From positions 95,976,001 to 96,040,000 of the forward strand of contig OX597823.1 of assembly GCA_951406725.2 (NCBI GenBank): 64,000 nucleotides of DNA. Reading direction: 5' to 3'. Below, one piece after another: positions 1-13,308 of the stretch. This DNA is from Octopus vulgaris (Eukaryota). The notes beneath the pieces were generated by a model. It did not search any database and was not told the origin of the DNA. It saw only the letters and a list, made by a program, of their open reading frames with translations. The translations under genes and the position numbers were made by a program. The first letter of the stretch is position 1; each line of letters starts with the position of its first letter.

Positions 1-391
1 TTGACGGACAGACGTCTCATCAACGGCAGAAGGGGGCGACCAGATCTGGGAGCTGTTTCCACAGAGTTCCGACTATGTTTGAATTCACAATGCCAGCGTT
101 TTACAAGGCCATATGATGGGGCATCATCACCATAAGATACTTTTATTTCATCAAAAGTCTCCCGTGGTGTGCGTCCTTTCAAATACAAAAACCAGATCAC
201 TGCTCGACACTCAACAGGCTCCATTTCACACTTGACTCAGTTCAAACACCTGTAAATCAGAAACCACAATTAGTTCAGAGCTGTAATTCGCCACTTAATC
301 TATAGAGGTATAAATAAGTGCACATGCAAAATTTCAGCTAGATCGAACAACTGCAAGTGGGTCAGGGGCATTACTTATTGAACGCCCCTCG
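1..391 (-). mobile_element. Mariner DNA transposon, 5' end of a copy truncated by the window edge (same family as 38967-40321)
   Basis: 37-bp TIR ends ...TTGAACGCCCCTCG at 391, followed by TA. Transposase ATG at 224 on - strand (MEPVECRAVIWFLYLKGRTPRETFDE...). Manual count gives ~26 mismatches over ~390 bp versus 39929-40321. Confidence 0.93.
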
Positions 392-706
392 TATTTATAT
401 ATATATATATACATACACATTCCTGAGACTGGTCTCGTGATGCTGAATTCCTGTAACTTGGTAAATGGTGATACCTAACGGGCACTGCATGAAGAATACA
501 TCTTTTCACTTGTTTGAAGTTTTATCATTCTTAGATTTAATCTCAATATGTGTCTTCTCTCTAATGGTGTTAATAAAACAATTATGTTATTTTGGCTGGC
601 TACACTACAAAATTACCACATTATTACAAAAATCCTTTAAAATACATCAATTATTATTTTCCAATATTGATTGTTGTTTTTTTAAACAATTTTTTCTTTC
701 TTTCAG

Positions 707-790
707 GCTTCGATGGATCTACCTCCTGACAAAGCCAAAGTACTCAAAGGTTACGACGATGAGAAAAAATGGGACCTTATCTGTGATCAG
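707..790 (+). CDS. FMNL: Formin-like protein (FMNL/Frl family), internal exon, GTPase-binding domain: [28 protein letters not shown]
   Basis: Polypyrimidine tract + TTTCAG acceptor (ends 706) and CAG|GTAATT donor (791); 84 nt, phase 0/0. Matches the MxLPPDKAxxLxxYDxEKKWxxICDQ motif of FMNL/Frl formins. Confidence 0.95.
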
Positions 791-929
791 GTAATTTCTT
801 CAAGTCATATATGTTTGTTTTTATCATTGTTTATTCTCTTTTTTTTTCATTGCTCTTTTATGATGAAAGTAACAGAAATTAGTTGTGGTTGTTTTTTGGC
901 AAAATGAAATGTTTGGTGGATATAGCTTG

Positions 930-1245
930 TAGCCTTTTTGTCACCAACCCATTTCTGACTGTTCCTGCTTCTATGATAGACATTTCATGTTCCAACTGCC
1001 CAGATCTAGCCTTTCACACCTAACCTTCAATGTCATACTAAAAATAGTCACGTCAAAATCCCAAAGCTATAAGGTAATTCCATAATTAATTCAAAGCAAT
1101 GTGAATAAATATGCCAATGGGTTAGAGTTAAGATAATCTGAATGCTAAAGAGTTAAATCAAAAGTGTCCATTAAAATTTTAAGTTCATTTATGTTCCAAA
1201 CACCAGTTTTAATAATTTCAATAGTGTTTCACTGGTGAAATAAAC
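930..1245. mobile_element. Degenerate nested TTAA-type MITEs (46914-family copy interrupted by a reverse copy of the 42418 family)
   Basis: ATAATCTGAATGCTAAAGAGTTAA at 1133-1156 matches the reverse end of the 42418 MITE. Flanks (TTTATGTTCCAAACACCAGTTTTAATAAT) match the 46914/29455 family. Confidence 0.5.
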
Positions 1246-3235
1246 TCTAGCAATGTTTTGCCCCATGCAGAAAGTGCAGGAGCCACTCACGGGTTTCACA
1301 AGCTCTTCTAAATCCATTGCAATGTTGGAAACCCTTCCCTGTTGTCAGCAGGTAAGTCAGGGTCACTAGCGGTTCGCCCCTTAGCCTGTGCACTTCACCT
1401 GAGTGGGGCAGCGACGACTGAGCTAGTCTACAAAAGAGTTCCATATGTGGTCTCTTATTCTTCATTATTTTCAAAGTTAATTGAGAAAATAGCTATGTGT
1501 TTCAATAGAAATATGGTAGTGAAAGCGTTAAAATACTTCTTTCCTAAGCGGAAGATGATAATTAAAAGCTCTGTTTCGCAGATACTAGTTTCTCTATCTT
1601 TTGAAACCAGACTTGATGGCTCTGCACTTAACAACAGTGAGCTTGTGTGTCAGATGGTACAGTCTGCTAATGAAATCCTATTTTTGTCATCCCCTTTGTA
1701 CATGCTTAAAGTTGAGGGGTTCAATTTATGAAAGAATTATTTCATATAAAATCTTCCTGAAAAAAAGAAAGAAAAAAGTGTTTTGTTACTTTTCCCCTAC
1801 CTATGTTTCTTTATTTTTTCTTTTTTTTCTCTCCGTTGAGCCTGTTTTAATATTTATATAATACAAATGCTGATTATGTTTCATAGATGGCATTTAGCTA
1901 GACATTTTCAAAAACCTGCTGAAGCTCTAATCCTTGTTAATGGCCTTAACTAGATTACATCTATTCTACTCACTCAGTTTGAAGCTGTTGTCTACTTTTT
2001 TTTTTTTTCATCCTCTTGCCTGTTGTTTCATCTCATAAATGTTTCATTCATTGATAGCAGCAGCTCACACTCAGTGGAGTGTGGCTATCTGTGTCACCAG
2101 TGGAGACTACTTCAAATATGCATATAGTTCGTTATCTTTTAACTGTTGTTAAGCCCCCACCTCTGGTCCCCACCATAAAAAATGAATTTCATGGCGACCA
2201 CCCTATCTAATTAGTTCTTAATGACTGGGTTTGTCTCCATTGTAAATGAAATTTGCATTTTATCTGGCGTTTCTAGCAGCATTGTTTCCATGACCTCTGA
2301 CCCTATACAGTTGCTAACTCTGTATCAACTTACCTGCTTGCTTTATTTCAGCTTAAAAGCAATCATGCTTACAGTGTTCAGAGGAAGATATTATCTGGAT
2401 ATAACATCATCCTAAATAAATAGAAGTTGGGTTTTTTGTGATCTGAGATATCCTTTAACATGTGTTCAGTTATAACAACTTCAAGGAGAGAACATATGAG
2501 CTGTGAATTTCATGCCTTTACCAAGAATATATTAGTGTAATAAGGAATTGAACCTGCCATGCAGATTTTACATGTTGAAAGCTTACCACATTTGCTATGG
2601 CATTTACCTCTCTACATTCACCCTGTACTAGAATATCATTCATACACCTGGTACAATGCACTTTTCGTATATTTATGCATTCTAGAGATTGCATCAGAAG
2701 TAACTATTCACTGATAAGCTAAACCTTAATCACCAACACTTCTTTTAGCTCTAAGAACCCAATCAATCTGTGGCTCTATTCTACAGCAGCTTTATAGCTT
2801 CCATGTGATGTAGCCTTTTGCTACCATCTTCTCTGTGTCTCGTGAAACACAAAATTAATCTCTTTTCCTAATCCTTTCTATCAAAACATAAGCTGTTTAG
2901 AAGTCCCTCTTTGTCTCTCTATATTCCTCTTTGTCTCTCTATTCTTTTGGTCGATATTCTCCACTAACTTCTTTCCAATATAAGTTACACATCAACTCTA
3001 CTGACCTCATCCAGTCATAGTGAATTGAACAAACAAGGACAGCCTAAAAGAAGACTATAAGGGCTTCTGCAAAGGCACCCAACCCTAAAACTTTGTGTGT
3101 GCATAAAATTCAATGAACTCCTGTTTTCATTAAATTATATTCTACTCCCACTCAATTAGTGCTCCTTATTGCTGATCAACAAACAAACAGGACTATATAT
3201 CACTTTTTAGAGTTCTCTCTACAGATTTTCTATGA

Positions 3236-3347
3236 AATTTAGAACCAGCCCTGAAAGTTGTGAGGTTTCATATACGCATACATTACATTGTTTACATAGA
3301 CGTATTCATAGATGAAACCTCATGAATTTCAGTGTTGGTTCTAAATT
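3236..3347. repeat. Imperfect inverted repeat / hairpin, ~46-bp arms, ~20-nt loop
   Basis: AATTTAGAACCAGCCCTGAAAGTTGTGAGGTTTCATATACGCATAC versus the reverse complement of GTATTCATAGATGAAACCTCATGAATTTCAGTGTTGGTTCTAAATT; 8 mismatches. Confidence 0.85.
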
Positions 3348-3764
3348 ATGACCTTTGAACCTCAAAGGTATGCCCTGGCACTTGCCTCCATCTATATCTC
3401 TCTCTTCTTTTACTCAACCATTCCATTTATATTCTGATCCCTGTCCCTTGTGAGTATGCTCGGCACTTTGCTACCATCTCTATCCTGCTGTCTCCCATTA
3501 TCTCTCTCTCCTCCTCCTGCACCTCCCTCAGGTTGGGTAACCATGTATTTCCTTTGTGGCAATGCACCTGTTTCTGTCCTCATTCCTAATCCATCTGTCT
3601 GTCTGTCTGTCTCTCTCTCTGGCCAGGTATCCTTGTACCTCCTCTACAGCAAGACACCAGTTTCTCTCTCACTATAACCTTTCATCATCTGACACCAGAT
3701 CACCTCCTCCAATGCCCCCTACCCTCTCAAAGGACCTTTGTCTTTCAAGTTACTTGATGACCCT

Positions 3765-4025
3765 GTCAATGCAGGTGTCACTTAAACATCCAGTCCACAC
3801 TGTAAAGTGGTTGGCATTTGGAAGAGCATCCAGCTGTAAAAACCATACCAAAACTGACCTCGCCTGTGTTCGTACCATGTAAAAAGCACCGAGTCCACTT
3901 TGCTGGGTGGTTGGTGTTAGGAAGGAGATCCAGCTGTAAAAATCCTGCCAAAACAGTCACAGAAGTCAGGTGCAGGCTTCTGCCTGGCTGGTTCCTGTCA
4001 AACGGTCCCACCCAAATGATGATCT
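3765..4025 (+). mobile_element. RTE-LINE 3'-end-type repeat (family S3)
   Basis: GGTTGGYRTTWGGAAG..CATCCAGCTGTA motif twice and ATGATGAT tail; shared with many copies in the window. Confidence 0.7.
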
Positions 4026-4354
4026 ATAGAGATAACTTAAGAGTGATCTTATCGCTCTGCTATCACAGGTAGGACACAGAAATAACTTATAGACCTTTGA
4101 TATACTTGGTAGTATATTGCAGTTGCAAGGAAATATGGCATCCCTACCAATAATTAATCTTTGCAACTATGACTGTCCATGGCTTTGGCATGACTTGATA
4201 AGCTTTCTCCATACAGGTCAGTTTTTGGGTTGTGTTTACTATTATGATCAATTCTTTTCAACTTCATATTCCTTTTTGCATGTCTTTCAATCCCTGTCTA
4301 GGTCTTCCATGGTTTCTTTCCCCTTACATTAATAAGCACTATATAAATATATAT

Positions 4355-4705
4355 ATAGTGGTCGATGCCAGGTCCGCCTAGCTGGCCCCCATGCTGGTGG
4401 CACGTAAAAAGCACTATCCGAATATGGCCGATGCCAGCGCCCCCTGACTGGTTCTTGTGCTGGTGGCACGTAAAAAGCACAATCTGAATATGATCAATGC
4501 CAGGGCTGCCTGACTGGCTCCTGTGCTGGTGGCACGTAAAAAGCACCCACTACACTCTTAGAGTGGTTGGCGTTAGGAAGGGAATCCAGCTGTAGAAACA
4601 CTGCCAGATCAGATTGGAGCCTGGTGCAGCCTACTGGCTTACCAGACCTCAGTCAAACTGTCCAACCCATACTAGCATGGAAAACGGATGTTAAACGATG
4701 ATGAT
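4355..4705 (+). mobile_element. S3 repeat with internal ~66-bp tandem units
   Basis: Three copies of TGCTGGTGGCACGTAAAAAGCAC at 66-bp spacing, then GGTTGGCGTTAGGAAGGG...CATGGAAAACGGATGTTAAACGATGATGAT tail. Confidence 0.8.
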
Positions 4706-5383
4706 ATATATATTCGTCATATATATATATATATGGTGTGTGTATACACATATGTATCAGTGTTAAAATTCTATTTTGAGGAATCATTTTTGAACATCTC
4801 TGTATCATTTTACATCAACCTGTCCCATTTTCAATGTTACCTTGTCATGGCCATGCTACAACCATTCCTCCCATCCTGGGTATTACTATTCTTGCATTGA
4901 GGTTCAGAAAGCTGTGCTTCTCATCATGTTGCAAAATATTTTTCATAAGTAAAAATAAATTACAGCCCCCTTTTTTTCTATTCTCCTTAACTACATTATT
5001 TGAAAGTTATTTAGAAGATGGGGCTTACAGAGGCTGGTTATTGACTCTGCATCTTAATATTGCCTGTGCAGCTTAAAGCAGTAGACTCGCTGCCTTTTAT
5101 TATTGCAGAATGTTGAGGAGGAATGTAGAATATAGTTAGACCCATGTCACCAATTATAAAGTTGGTTTACTTACCAAACATGCAACTAAACTAGGAGCTT
5201 CTGGTGGTAACCAAATATAGACTAGAATTTGAAGCCTGGTCGGTAATGTATACCTTATTGTAAAGAGCTCGGATTTCTTTACCTTTTTAATAATTTTTCT
5301 GATTATCTCTGTTACAATGGGTTTGACAATCTTAAAATTGTGGTTAGTTGCTTAGAAATAGGGTAATAATAATAATAATAATA

Positions 5384-6430
5384 GTTCTTTCTAATTTTGG
5401 TACAAGGCCAACAATTTTGAGGAGGGGGGGGTAAGTTGACCCTTTCACTCATAATAATAATAATAATAAGGATGATGATGATGATCCTTTCTAACCTAAG
5501 CACAAAGCCTGAAATCTGGGGAAAGGGATTAAGTTGATTACAGCGACCCCAGTGCATAACTGGTACTTATCTAATTGACCCTGAAAGGATGAAAGGCAAA
5601 GTCAACCTCAGTGAAATTTGAACTCAGAACTTACTACTACTACCACTAATACTATTGATATTAACTCTCCTTTCTACTATAGGCACAAGGTCTGAAATTA
5701 TGTGGTGGTGGTGGTGGGGAATAGTTGATTACATTGACCCCAGCGCTTGACTAGTACTCATTGTATTGACCCCGAAAGGATGAAACACAAAGTGGACTAC
5801 GGCAGAATTTGAACTCAGAATGTAAAGGACGGATGGACTGCTGCCAACCATTTTGTATGGCATGCTAACGATTCTGCCAGCTCATCACCTTAATAATAAT
5901 AATAATAATAATAATTATTATTATTATTATTTCTACTCTGGGCATAATGGCTTGAAAACTTTTTGCAGAAGGGGGTTAGTTGATTACATCGACCCCAGTG
6001 TGTAACTGGTACTTATTTCATTGACCCTGAAAGGATGAAAGGCAAAATTGACTTCGGCAGAATTTGAACTCAGAATATGAAAATGGATGAAATGCTGTTA
6101 AACATTTTATTTGGTGTGCTGATGCCTGTGCCAGTTCACAGCCTTAATAATCCTTTCTATTATAGGCACAAGGCCTGAAATTTTGGAGGAGGGAGCTAGT
6201 TAATTTCATCAACCCCCAGTGTTTCACTCCTACATTGACAGTTCGATATTTAAGAGATGAGGAATTATTTACATTTGACGGATATTTGTCCTCATCTTGT
6301 TTGTTGTTAACGCAATGTTTCTGTTTCGGCTGAGATACCCCCCTACCTTGACCTTGACAGGATTTGAACTAAGAATGTAGAGCCAAAAGAAATCCTGCTA
6401 AGCATTTTTATCAAGTGGGCTAATTGTTTT
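5384..6430 (-). mobile_element. Cluster of 4-5 head-to-tail tRNA-derived SINEs (family S2) separated by (TAA)n/(TAC)n
   Basis: Repeated GACCCTGAAAGGATGAAAGGCAAA...GAATTTGAACTCAGAA (reverse B-box GAGTTCAAATT) at ~5580, ~5770, ~6025; last copy interrupted at ~6232-6345. Confidence 0.85.
6232..6345 (-). mobile_element. Penelope-like terminal repeat fragment (same family as 26765-26910)
   Basis: TTACATTTGACGGATATTTGTCCTCATCTTGTTTGTTGTTAAC is near-identical to 26781-26823. Family assignment is inferred from the hammerhead-like core in the other copy. Confidence 0.45.
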
Positions 6431-7357
6431 GCTCTGTTGTTAATAATAATTGAGGACCTGATGAACATGATAATTATAAAGACGATAGGAACTCTAGCTG
6501 TTGGCTCTTATATGACTATAGTAGTTTTTTTTTTGTCCATTAAAGATGTTTATAGCGTCTCAGTGTCTTAGATGATTATTCAGCTAAGTCAAAGATTGTG
6601 AAACTGCAGGGATCCAGCTCATACTAATGCTTTCAGTAATAAGAGATGTTATTGGGGCCCATTTCTGTAGAGGAAGTTCTGATCAGTTGCTTAAAAACAA
6701 CTTTTGGTAAAGGTTAGAGGTTTAGATTATTGTTCTGATGCTTATGCTTCCAATGGGTCAGACGGAATTCATTGAGGTAAATTTTCTTCAGCTGGATGCC
6801 CTTCCTGTCACCAACCCTCACTTGTTTCCATGTAAGGTAATAGTTTCCCATGGTCAAATATATTTTTCACAGAAGATTAGAAATCAATGACACCAATTAT
6901 AAGATTGTGTAACTGTTGTAATCCAATGTCAGACTGTTATAGTGTCTACTCCAGTATAACAGCATAGTTAGTTAGACTAGTGAGGCATGACTCTCTATGA
7001 CCGACTTCTCGACCTCCTACTTCACAGTATTTGTAATGACTATCGCATACCGCTCATCATGATGGAGGGGTGTTCCATTCCATTATTATTATTATCCCCC
7101 GTAACAGTAACATCAAAAGGGGACACAGACATATGCATGCACATACATGCACATGCACACCCACCCACCTAGGATGAGTGGACAAACGAAAGAAAGAGGC
7201 ATTCAACACATTTAGTAGGAGTCACATATATTATTTTTTTTTTTTAGAAAGGTTTGATTTGGCCGCATGGGATTTAGTTTCGTAGGCTTCTTACAGAAAC
7301 CTGGCTTGTTGGGCTATATTTATATATGTATGTTTATATCTATCTATCTATCTATCT

Positions 7358-7395
<38 letters not shown>

Positions 7396-10300
7396 GTATG
7401 TATGTGTAAAATGTTATTATTATAAAGTCATAAATTTGGGGCAAAACAGATCCATCCTGGTATTTATTTTGCTCCTCCTCTTCCTCTCGAAAGGGTGAAA
7501 TGATGAAATACAAAGCTGACCGCAAATGATGGTGGTGTTGCAGGGAGTGGGGTTCTTTGGGCACAACTATATTACACAGCAGGACATTTTTTTGCTTCTG
7601 TCATATTTCTTGCCCCCCACCCTGTATTATTACTATTAGTATAATTATTATTATTATTATCCTATTTTTAATTTTCTGAGCCTAGTTGTCACGTAGACAG
7701 AGCTTAAATATCAGTTTTCATTCTATTAAACAACATCCTGCACAAGAGATACACTTAGCTTGTATAATAATGATGATGATGATGATGTTTAGTTCCTTAG
7801 TAACACTTTTGGTAAGAGTGAAACCTGAGATTGACAATTATCCAATTTATACGTGGGACTGAATCAATGGTAAATTTATTGTCTAGACTTGAACTAGAAA
7901 ACTCTAGGCTCTCATACTTCTTACCAACCGTCTGAGCCAGTTTATTTGCCTCAGTGTTCATGGATTATATTTGCTGTAGTGTTGTTGTTGTTGTTGTTGT
8001 TGTTGAGTGGAAGTCAGTGTAAATGCTGTTCATTAACAGTTCAAGGCTCAAGAAGTTCTCCGAAACCCTTTCTGTCGTTGAGATCAATAAACAAGTTCCT
8101 GTTACATGATACAATCGTATTGCTTCTCTTTCTAGCTCTCCCTCTCTGTGTCTCTCTCGTCTCTTTCTCACCTTCTTTCCCCTCTTCACATTCCCCCTCT
8201 CTCCCTCTAGCTTACTCTTTTATCTTCTCCCTCCTTTCCTCTCTTTATCTCTCTCTCCCATTTTCTTATCCTCTGTGTTTTATTCTCTAGCTTCACTCCC
8301 TGTTTTTAAGCTGTTGTTGTTGATGATGATGATGACATCACTGACGGTGGGTGGTGGTGGTATTTTCCTGTCATTTTCTCACTTAAGTGTTAACTTCTCA
8401 ATTTCTTATGATGTCCCTCCCTCCCTTGATAATATGTTCTCTGTCATCTTAATTGTTCTCCTTCCTTTTTCTCTTTTTTTCTTCCTTAACCTCTTATCTC
8501 ATTTATTGATAGAAAAACTTGAAAATTAGATAAAATAAGAACAAGTCTCATTCGAGAGATTATTGAGGGTTTTTATTATCTTTCCTGAGCAACTTCCTGG
8601 TAATAAATTGAAACCTTGGCCCCCTAACGACTAATTGTTCCATTATTTCTCCTTCAGTGTCCTTCAGCACTGTAACCAATCCTTCTCAGTAGATGGAGTT
8701 GGGGTTTTTTTCTCTCTTTCATCCTAATCATATGACAGGTTTTTTCCCATGCTGCATGATCTACAATAATGAATTCTTGAAAATGGCAAAATGGCACACA
8801 AATTACGCGTGAAATAGACTGTTTAAATGAGCCTCATGTTATGACTGGTACTTGTTTAGTTTTGACTCTATTGATCCCCAGAAGAACTGAAAGCAGAATT
8901 TGATCAATAAGTCCTTGTGGTTGCAAAGCATGGACTCTGAACAAATCTGAGGAGAACATTTGCAACATGGGTGTGTATAGGAGAATGTTCTGAATCCTCT
9001 TACAAGGATTCTCAGACGAACGAATGGATGTGAGGAAAGAAGGTGAAAGACAACAACAGCAGATTGGAAATGGACGCTGCTTACAATTACAACAAGGCAA
9101 GGTGATGATAGTAACCCATCAACTGCATGTGTCTCTGTATACTTCCATTATCTCAATCACATATACAACGTACATGTATGTATATGTCTGCTTTCATTAT
9201 CTTTAACAATCATCACAAGACTAGTCACTTCCTGCGTAAACTCCTACCCCCATCTCGACATTAAAATGTGATTTGATTAAGTTTAAGCTGCCATATGTTC
9301 AATTAGGAAGTTTCAAGTTTTTTGTCTACTTCAGTGTTTTAATCCTCTTCTGTTGCAAATGACTATCAAAGCTGCCATACTTGAGTCAGCCCCCCCCCCG
9401 GTGGGGGGGGAGAGGCATTTCCTCTCAGTTGTTGCACCATTGCTATACCACCACCAACCCTACCATCACAAAACCCACCACCACTGGTTTTGTCACACCA
9501 CCATCTTTCTTATTTTTCTGTCCACAGACTATTAAGATAATTTGACTTGCTGGAAATAGCAACCAAATCTCTCCCTCAAATTACACCTATTTCAGAAAGG
9601 TATAACATAGTAGATAATGTAATACTAAATACACTACATTTGAGCTTTAATAAAACAGGTGGTCATGGTTGGAACCACTTGTTTTAAATCTGTTGAGGCT
9701 GAGTGATGGCAAGGACACTTCCCTCCAGATGTCACATCACCACTCCCACTATTATCACAGACAATACCTTTGCACTGTCAAATCACCACTATCACCACCA
9801 CCACCACCACACTTCTCTCATCACAAATAAAAATTTCTTTGCATCATCATCAATGGATTACTTGACCTGTTCAATGCTACAGCCACATCTCTGTCAACAA
9901 GTCCCCCCCCTTTTTTCTTTATATAAATGAAGGTCATATGATTCAATAACACTCAAACAGGATGGCCATCACTAAAGCTAACAGCTTAATCCTTTTGCAG
10001 ATCACAAGGATATAAAGAGCTGATACTTATCTCTAGATTTTCTGAAGTGTTAAGTGGATAAAACATTTAGTTCCTTCTAAATGTAACACTGTGTGTAGCT
10101 CTTCTTGCTCAGGGAATTGAACTCAATATTATAAAAGCTAATGGAAGGCCCATTAACATCACAGTATTGTTTAGGGCTAGGAGGACTCTCCCATTGAGGA
10201 CCAGTTGTTTTAACCATGGACACAATGCACTACTGTTGCTAGGATATGAACTCTTTACTTTTTGGTCTGTTATACAATACCTTATTGTCTCACAACTATA

Positions 10301-10889
10301 ATTGGTACACAAATACTTCATAAGGTCAGTTACTGTCATCCCATCAGCTTCAGCCTGACAAGCAAATAACTTTATTTTCTAATATTTTCTGAGCCATCTT
10401 CAGAGATATTCCACCTGGCAGACTTTTTCTGGTTTTAAGATGAACATCAACCTTTCTTACTCTTCTGACAACTTTGGTAAAAGTTGTACTATTGCCTTCA
10501 ATGTAAAACCACAGTCTGCTGTGAGAATCTTCAAGCAAAATGGTGCAAGAATTTTCTAGCAAAATAATCCACAAATGGGCTGCAACTTTTTCTTGGATTG
10601 TTTCCTGTTAGACTGCACCATCCAAATCAGCTGTGCCCTTGGTTTTACACATGACTACAGATTCATTGAGAAACCATTCTTTGCCCCATATACAATGAGA
10701 TCTGGAGTGACTATCTGCACAGTTATTCTTCACCTGTCTGGGCAGGTTCAGACATAAAATATGCTGCTTACCGTAGTGTATGCCATAGGAGAAAAACTTC
10801 TCTTTCTTGATACCTGTGTATTCAACACATCTGGTTCCTTGGTGCACTTACATTCTGGTACACGGTTATTTCAACATGTCTCATGAACC

Positions 10890-12240
10890 AGACGTAGCTG
10901 GGAATCTTGAGCCAAGACAGTTTTGGTGTGGAAGAAAAGGCTTTGCTTGTGGCTTGTCGCAAGCATTGTAAGACAGGTGGCATTCATGCCATTAACGTTC
11001 GTCTTGAACAGTTGCAAGTTATCTGCAGGAAAAAAATTGTAAAGGAAAGGAATTTAAGAGATGTGGTGTTCTAGAGAAGAGGGACTGGGTGTAGTAGTTA
11101 GTGCAAAACCTGGGTGGGTTAAGCATTTAGTATGGGTGCTGAGTAGAGGTGGCATGAAATGGGCCAGCTTTGATGAGCAGAGGCCACTGTAGTAGTGGTA
11201 AACAAAACAGAGAGAGAAGACATGGCATATTCATGGGAAGGAGATTGGAGTGACTCCATGCCAGCCAGTCTTTTGTGAGTTTGTGATCCACTGACAGTGT
11301 TTTATGAGGGGCTTGAGTCAAGTGGCTTTTCTTCGAATACAGTCTCCCACGTGTGTGTGTGCTGCAGCAGCAGCAACACTGTCTTAGATGTGAGAACAAT
11401 ACTTTATGTGTCTCACTGAAGCTTTGTAAAGAATTTGTAGTTATTATTGAGGGCGGAAATAATTTCTAGTTCTGAAGAGGAAGGTCAGTCATAGAGATAA
11501 AACCTTTGTTATATTGATGTGTGTTTGCCAGCAGAGATCTTTAGTAATGGTGAGGACTGTGTTTGAAACACTTGTGAGGGTTCTACTTGGGTGGAGTAGG
11601 GGTAAGTTATGACAAGGTTTTCTTTATATCCAGTGACTGTTTCTTTTTGCTGTAGAAGGGGGACGCGATTGGTTCTCTGTCTTGAGATCTGTGATCCCGA
11701 GTCAGTGAAGGCATTTAGGTTGTGTGTGGATGATGCTTAAGTGGGCCAAGATTAGGGAGGAATGAAGGATGGTGTCATTTGTATAGGAGTGAGCCCTTTT
11801 GGAAGGGATAGCAAGTCAAGGAGAAGGATGAGTGTGGAGTGCAAAACCAGACTGAGTGGGGTACATCAGAGTTGGTTATTGTGGGTGAGAGAGGGCTCTA
11901 TGCTATGAGAGTGCAGCCTGACAGGAAACCACAAGGGATTTGCTTGTGAAAAATGGCCAAAAGCTTTGTTGATGTCCAGGAGGCATTGAAGGAAGGATTT
12001 GGCTTTCATCAGATTCCTTGATGGCCTCTTTGAAAAGTGGTAGAAAGGAGACTTCTATAGAATTGATTGGGACCCTTTTAGCAAGAGACTGTAGTTCAGG
12101 AGGTGGGAGAATGTGTGTGCTGTGTAATGTAGTGAGATCCATTTATTTAGATGAAGGTTTTGCTGGAGTTGTGGTGCTGGGTAAGAGATCCCCTGACTGT
12201 AGGGGGTTGGGGTGATTTTTCTTCAAGCATTGTTGGTTGT
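10890..12240 (-). mobile_element. Ancient degenerate non-LTR retrotransposon RT fragment (CR1/L2/Jockey-like)
   Basis: - strand gives HSYTNDTIL at ~11765-11791 (decayed YADD motif). It also gives LTITKDLCWQTHI and LYKASVRHIKYCSHI at ~11385-11555 (cf. LYKAxxRPxLEYCSxxW). Many stops and frameshifts. Confidence 0.6.
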
Positions 12241-12434
12241 TTTTGCTTCTGCACATTAACCTACTTGTTGTTACTGCTAATAAAGCATCTGTATGGTGAC
12301 TATTTCATCATCATTGACAAACATAACTCCATTTCTCATGAAGTAACTGATTTGTCTGTCTGTGTGTCTGTCTGTCTATCTATTTATCTACTTACCTACC
12401 TACCTACCTACCCAAGCAACACACCCATGAGCAT

Positions 12435-12436
<2 letters not shown>

Positions 12437-12484
<48 letters not shown>
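12437..12484 (+). repeat. (CA)n microsatellite
   Basis: Direct reading. Confidence 0.97.
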
Positions 12485-12487
<3 letters not shown>

Positions 12488-13159
12488 ATTTATTTGTAAT
12501 GTGTGACTACTTTTAGCAATGGACAGGGGCCTACGAGTTTGCGTTATGTTCTGATGTATAAAATGTATTTTACAATTTTCTCAGTCAGTCTTCTGATAGC
12601 TTGTGGTGGGGTTTCTGTAGTTGATTCAGCCAACATAGTTCTGAATTCACCATGGGCCAGACACAGCCCATGTGACCTACATCTGGCCTGTAGGCTACAT
12701 ATTGTTCAACACTTTATTGGCATATAATAAAAACTAGTGTAAAACCATTACATAACATTGGATTTAAACAAAATAAGGGAAAAAACAAAAATAGAAACTC
12801 ACTTAATGTTTCAATAAATTCTTTCTTGACCATTTAAAGAGACTCTTGTGTCCTTCAAAATTAAAAACAGCATCTTTTTCTGTTTATTCAGGAAATTATT
12901 TACTTCTAAAATAATTTTCAAATTCTATATTGAATTTCGGCTTCAAAATCATGTTAGACCCATTTGTATGCAGTTTTCTTTCTTTTTTGTTTTGTTTCCA
13001 CTAATAAACTAGTCTCCTTGATTCACAGAGACTCACTTAGAAGCATTGTTCTGCCCAGCATTGGCGCTTGATGGATGTTTATAGTAGCACTTATCAGTGG
13101 CAGAAATTCTTTACGTTAGACCCTCTCACTTCTCTCAACCCTGCTCCTCTCTTCACTAA

Positions 13160-13172
13160 TTACACATACACA

Positions 13173-13235
<63 letters not shown>

Positions 13236-13308
13236 TCACACACACACTCACTCACTCACTCACTCACTCTCTTTCTCAGTCTGTCTGTCTGTCTGTCTCT
13301 CTCTCTCT
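13160..13308 (+). repeat. Compound (CT)n/(CA)n/(CACT)n/(GTCT)n microsatellite
   Basis: Direct reading. Confidence 0.95.

Noticed and set aside
4391-4546. CRISPR-like array of TGCTGGTGGCACGTAAAAAGCAC repeats with ~43-nt spacers (also 23741-23839, 35815-35955)
   Set aside because: Spacers are homologous to each other, the array is internal to a dispersed retro-repeat, there are no cas genes, and the context is eukaryotic.
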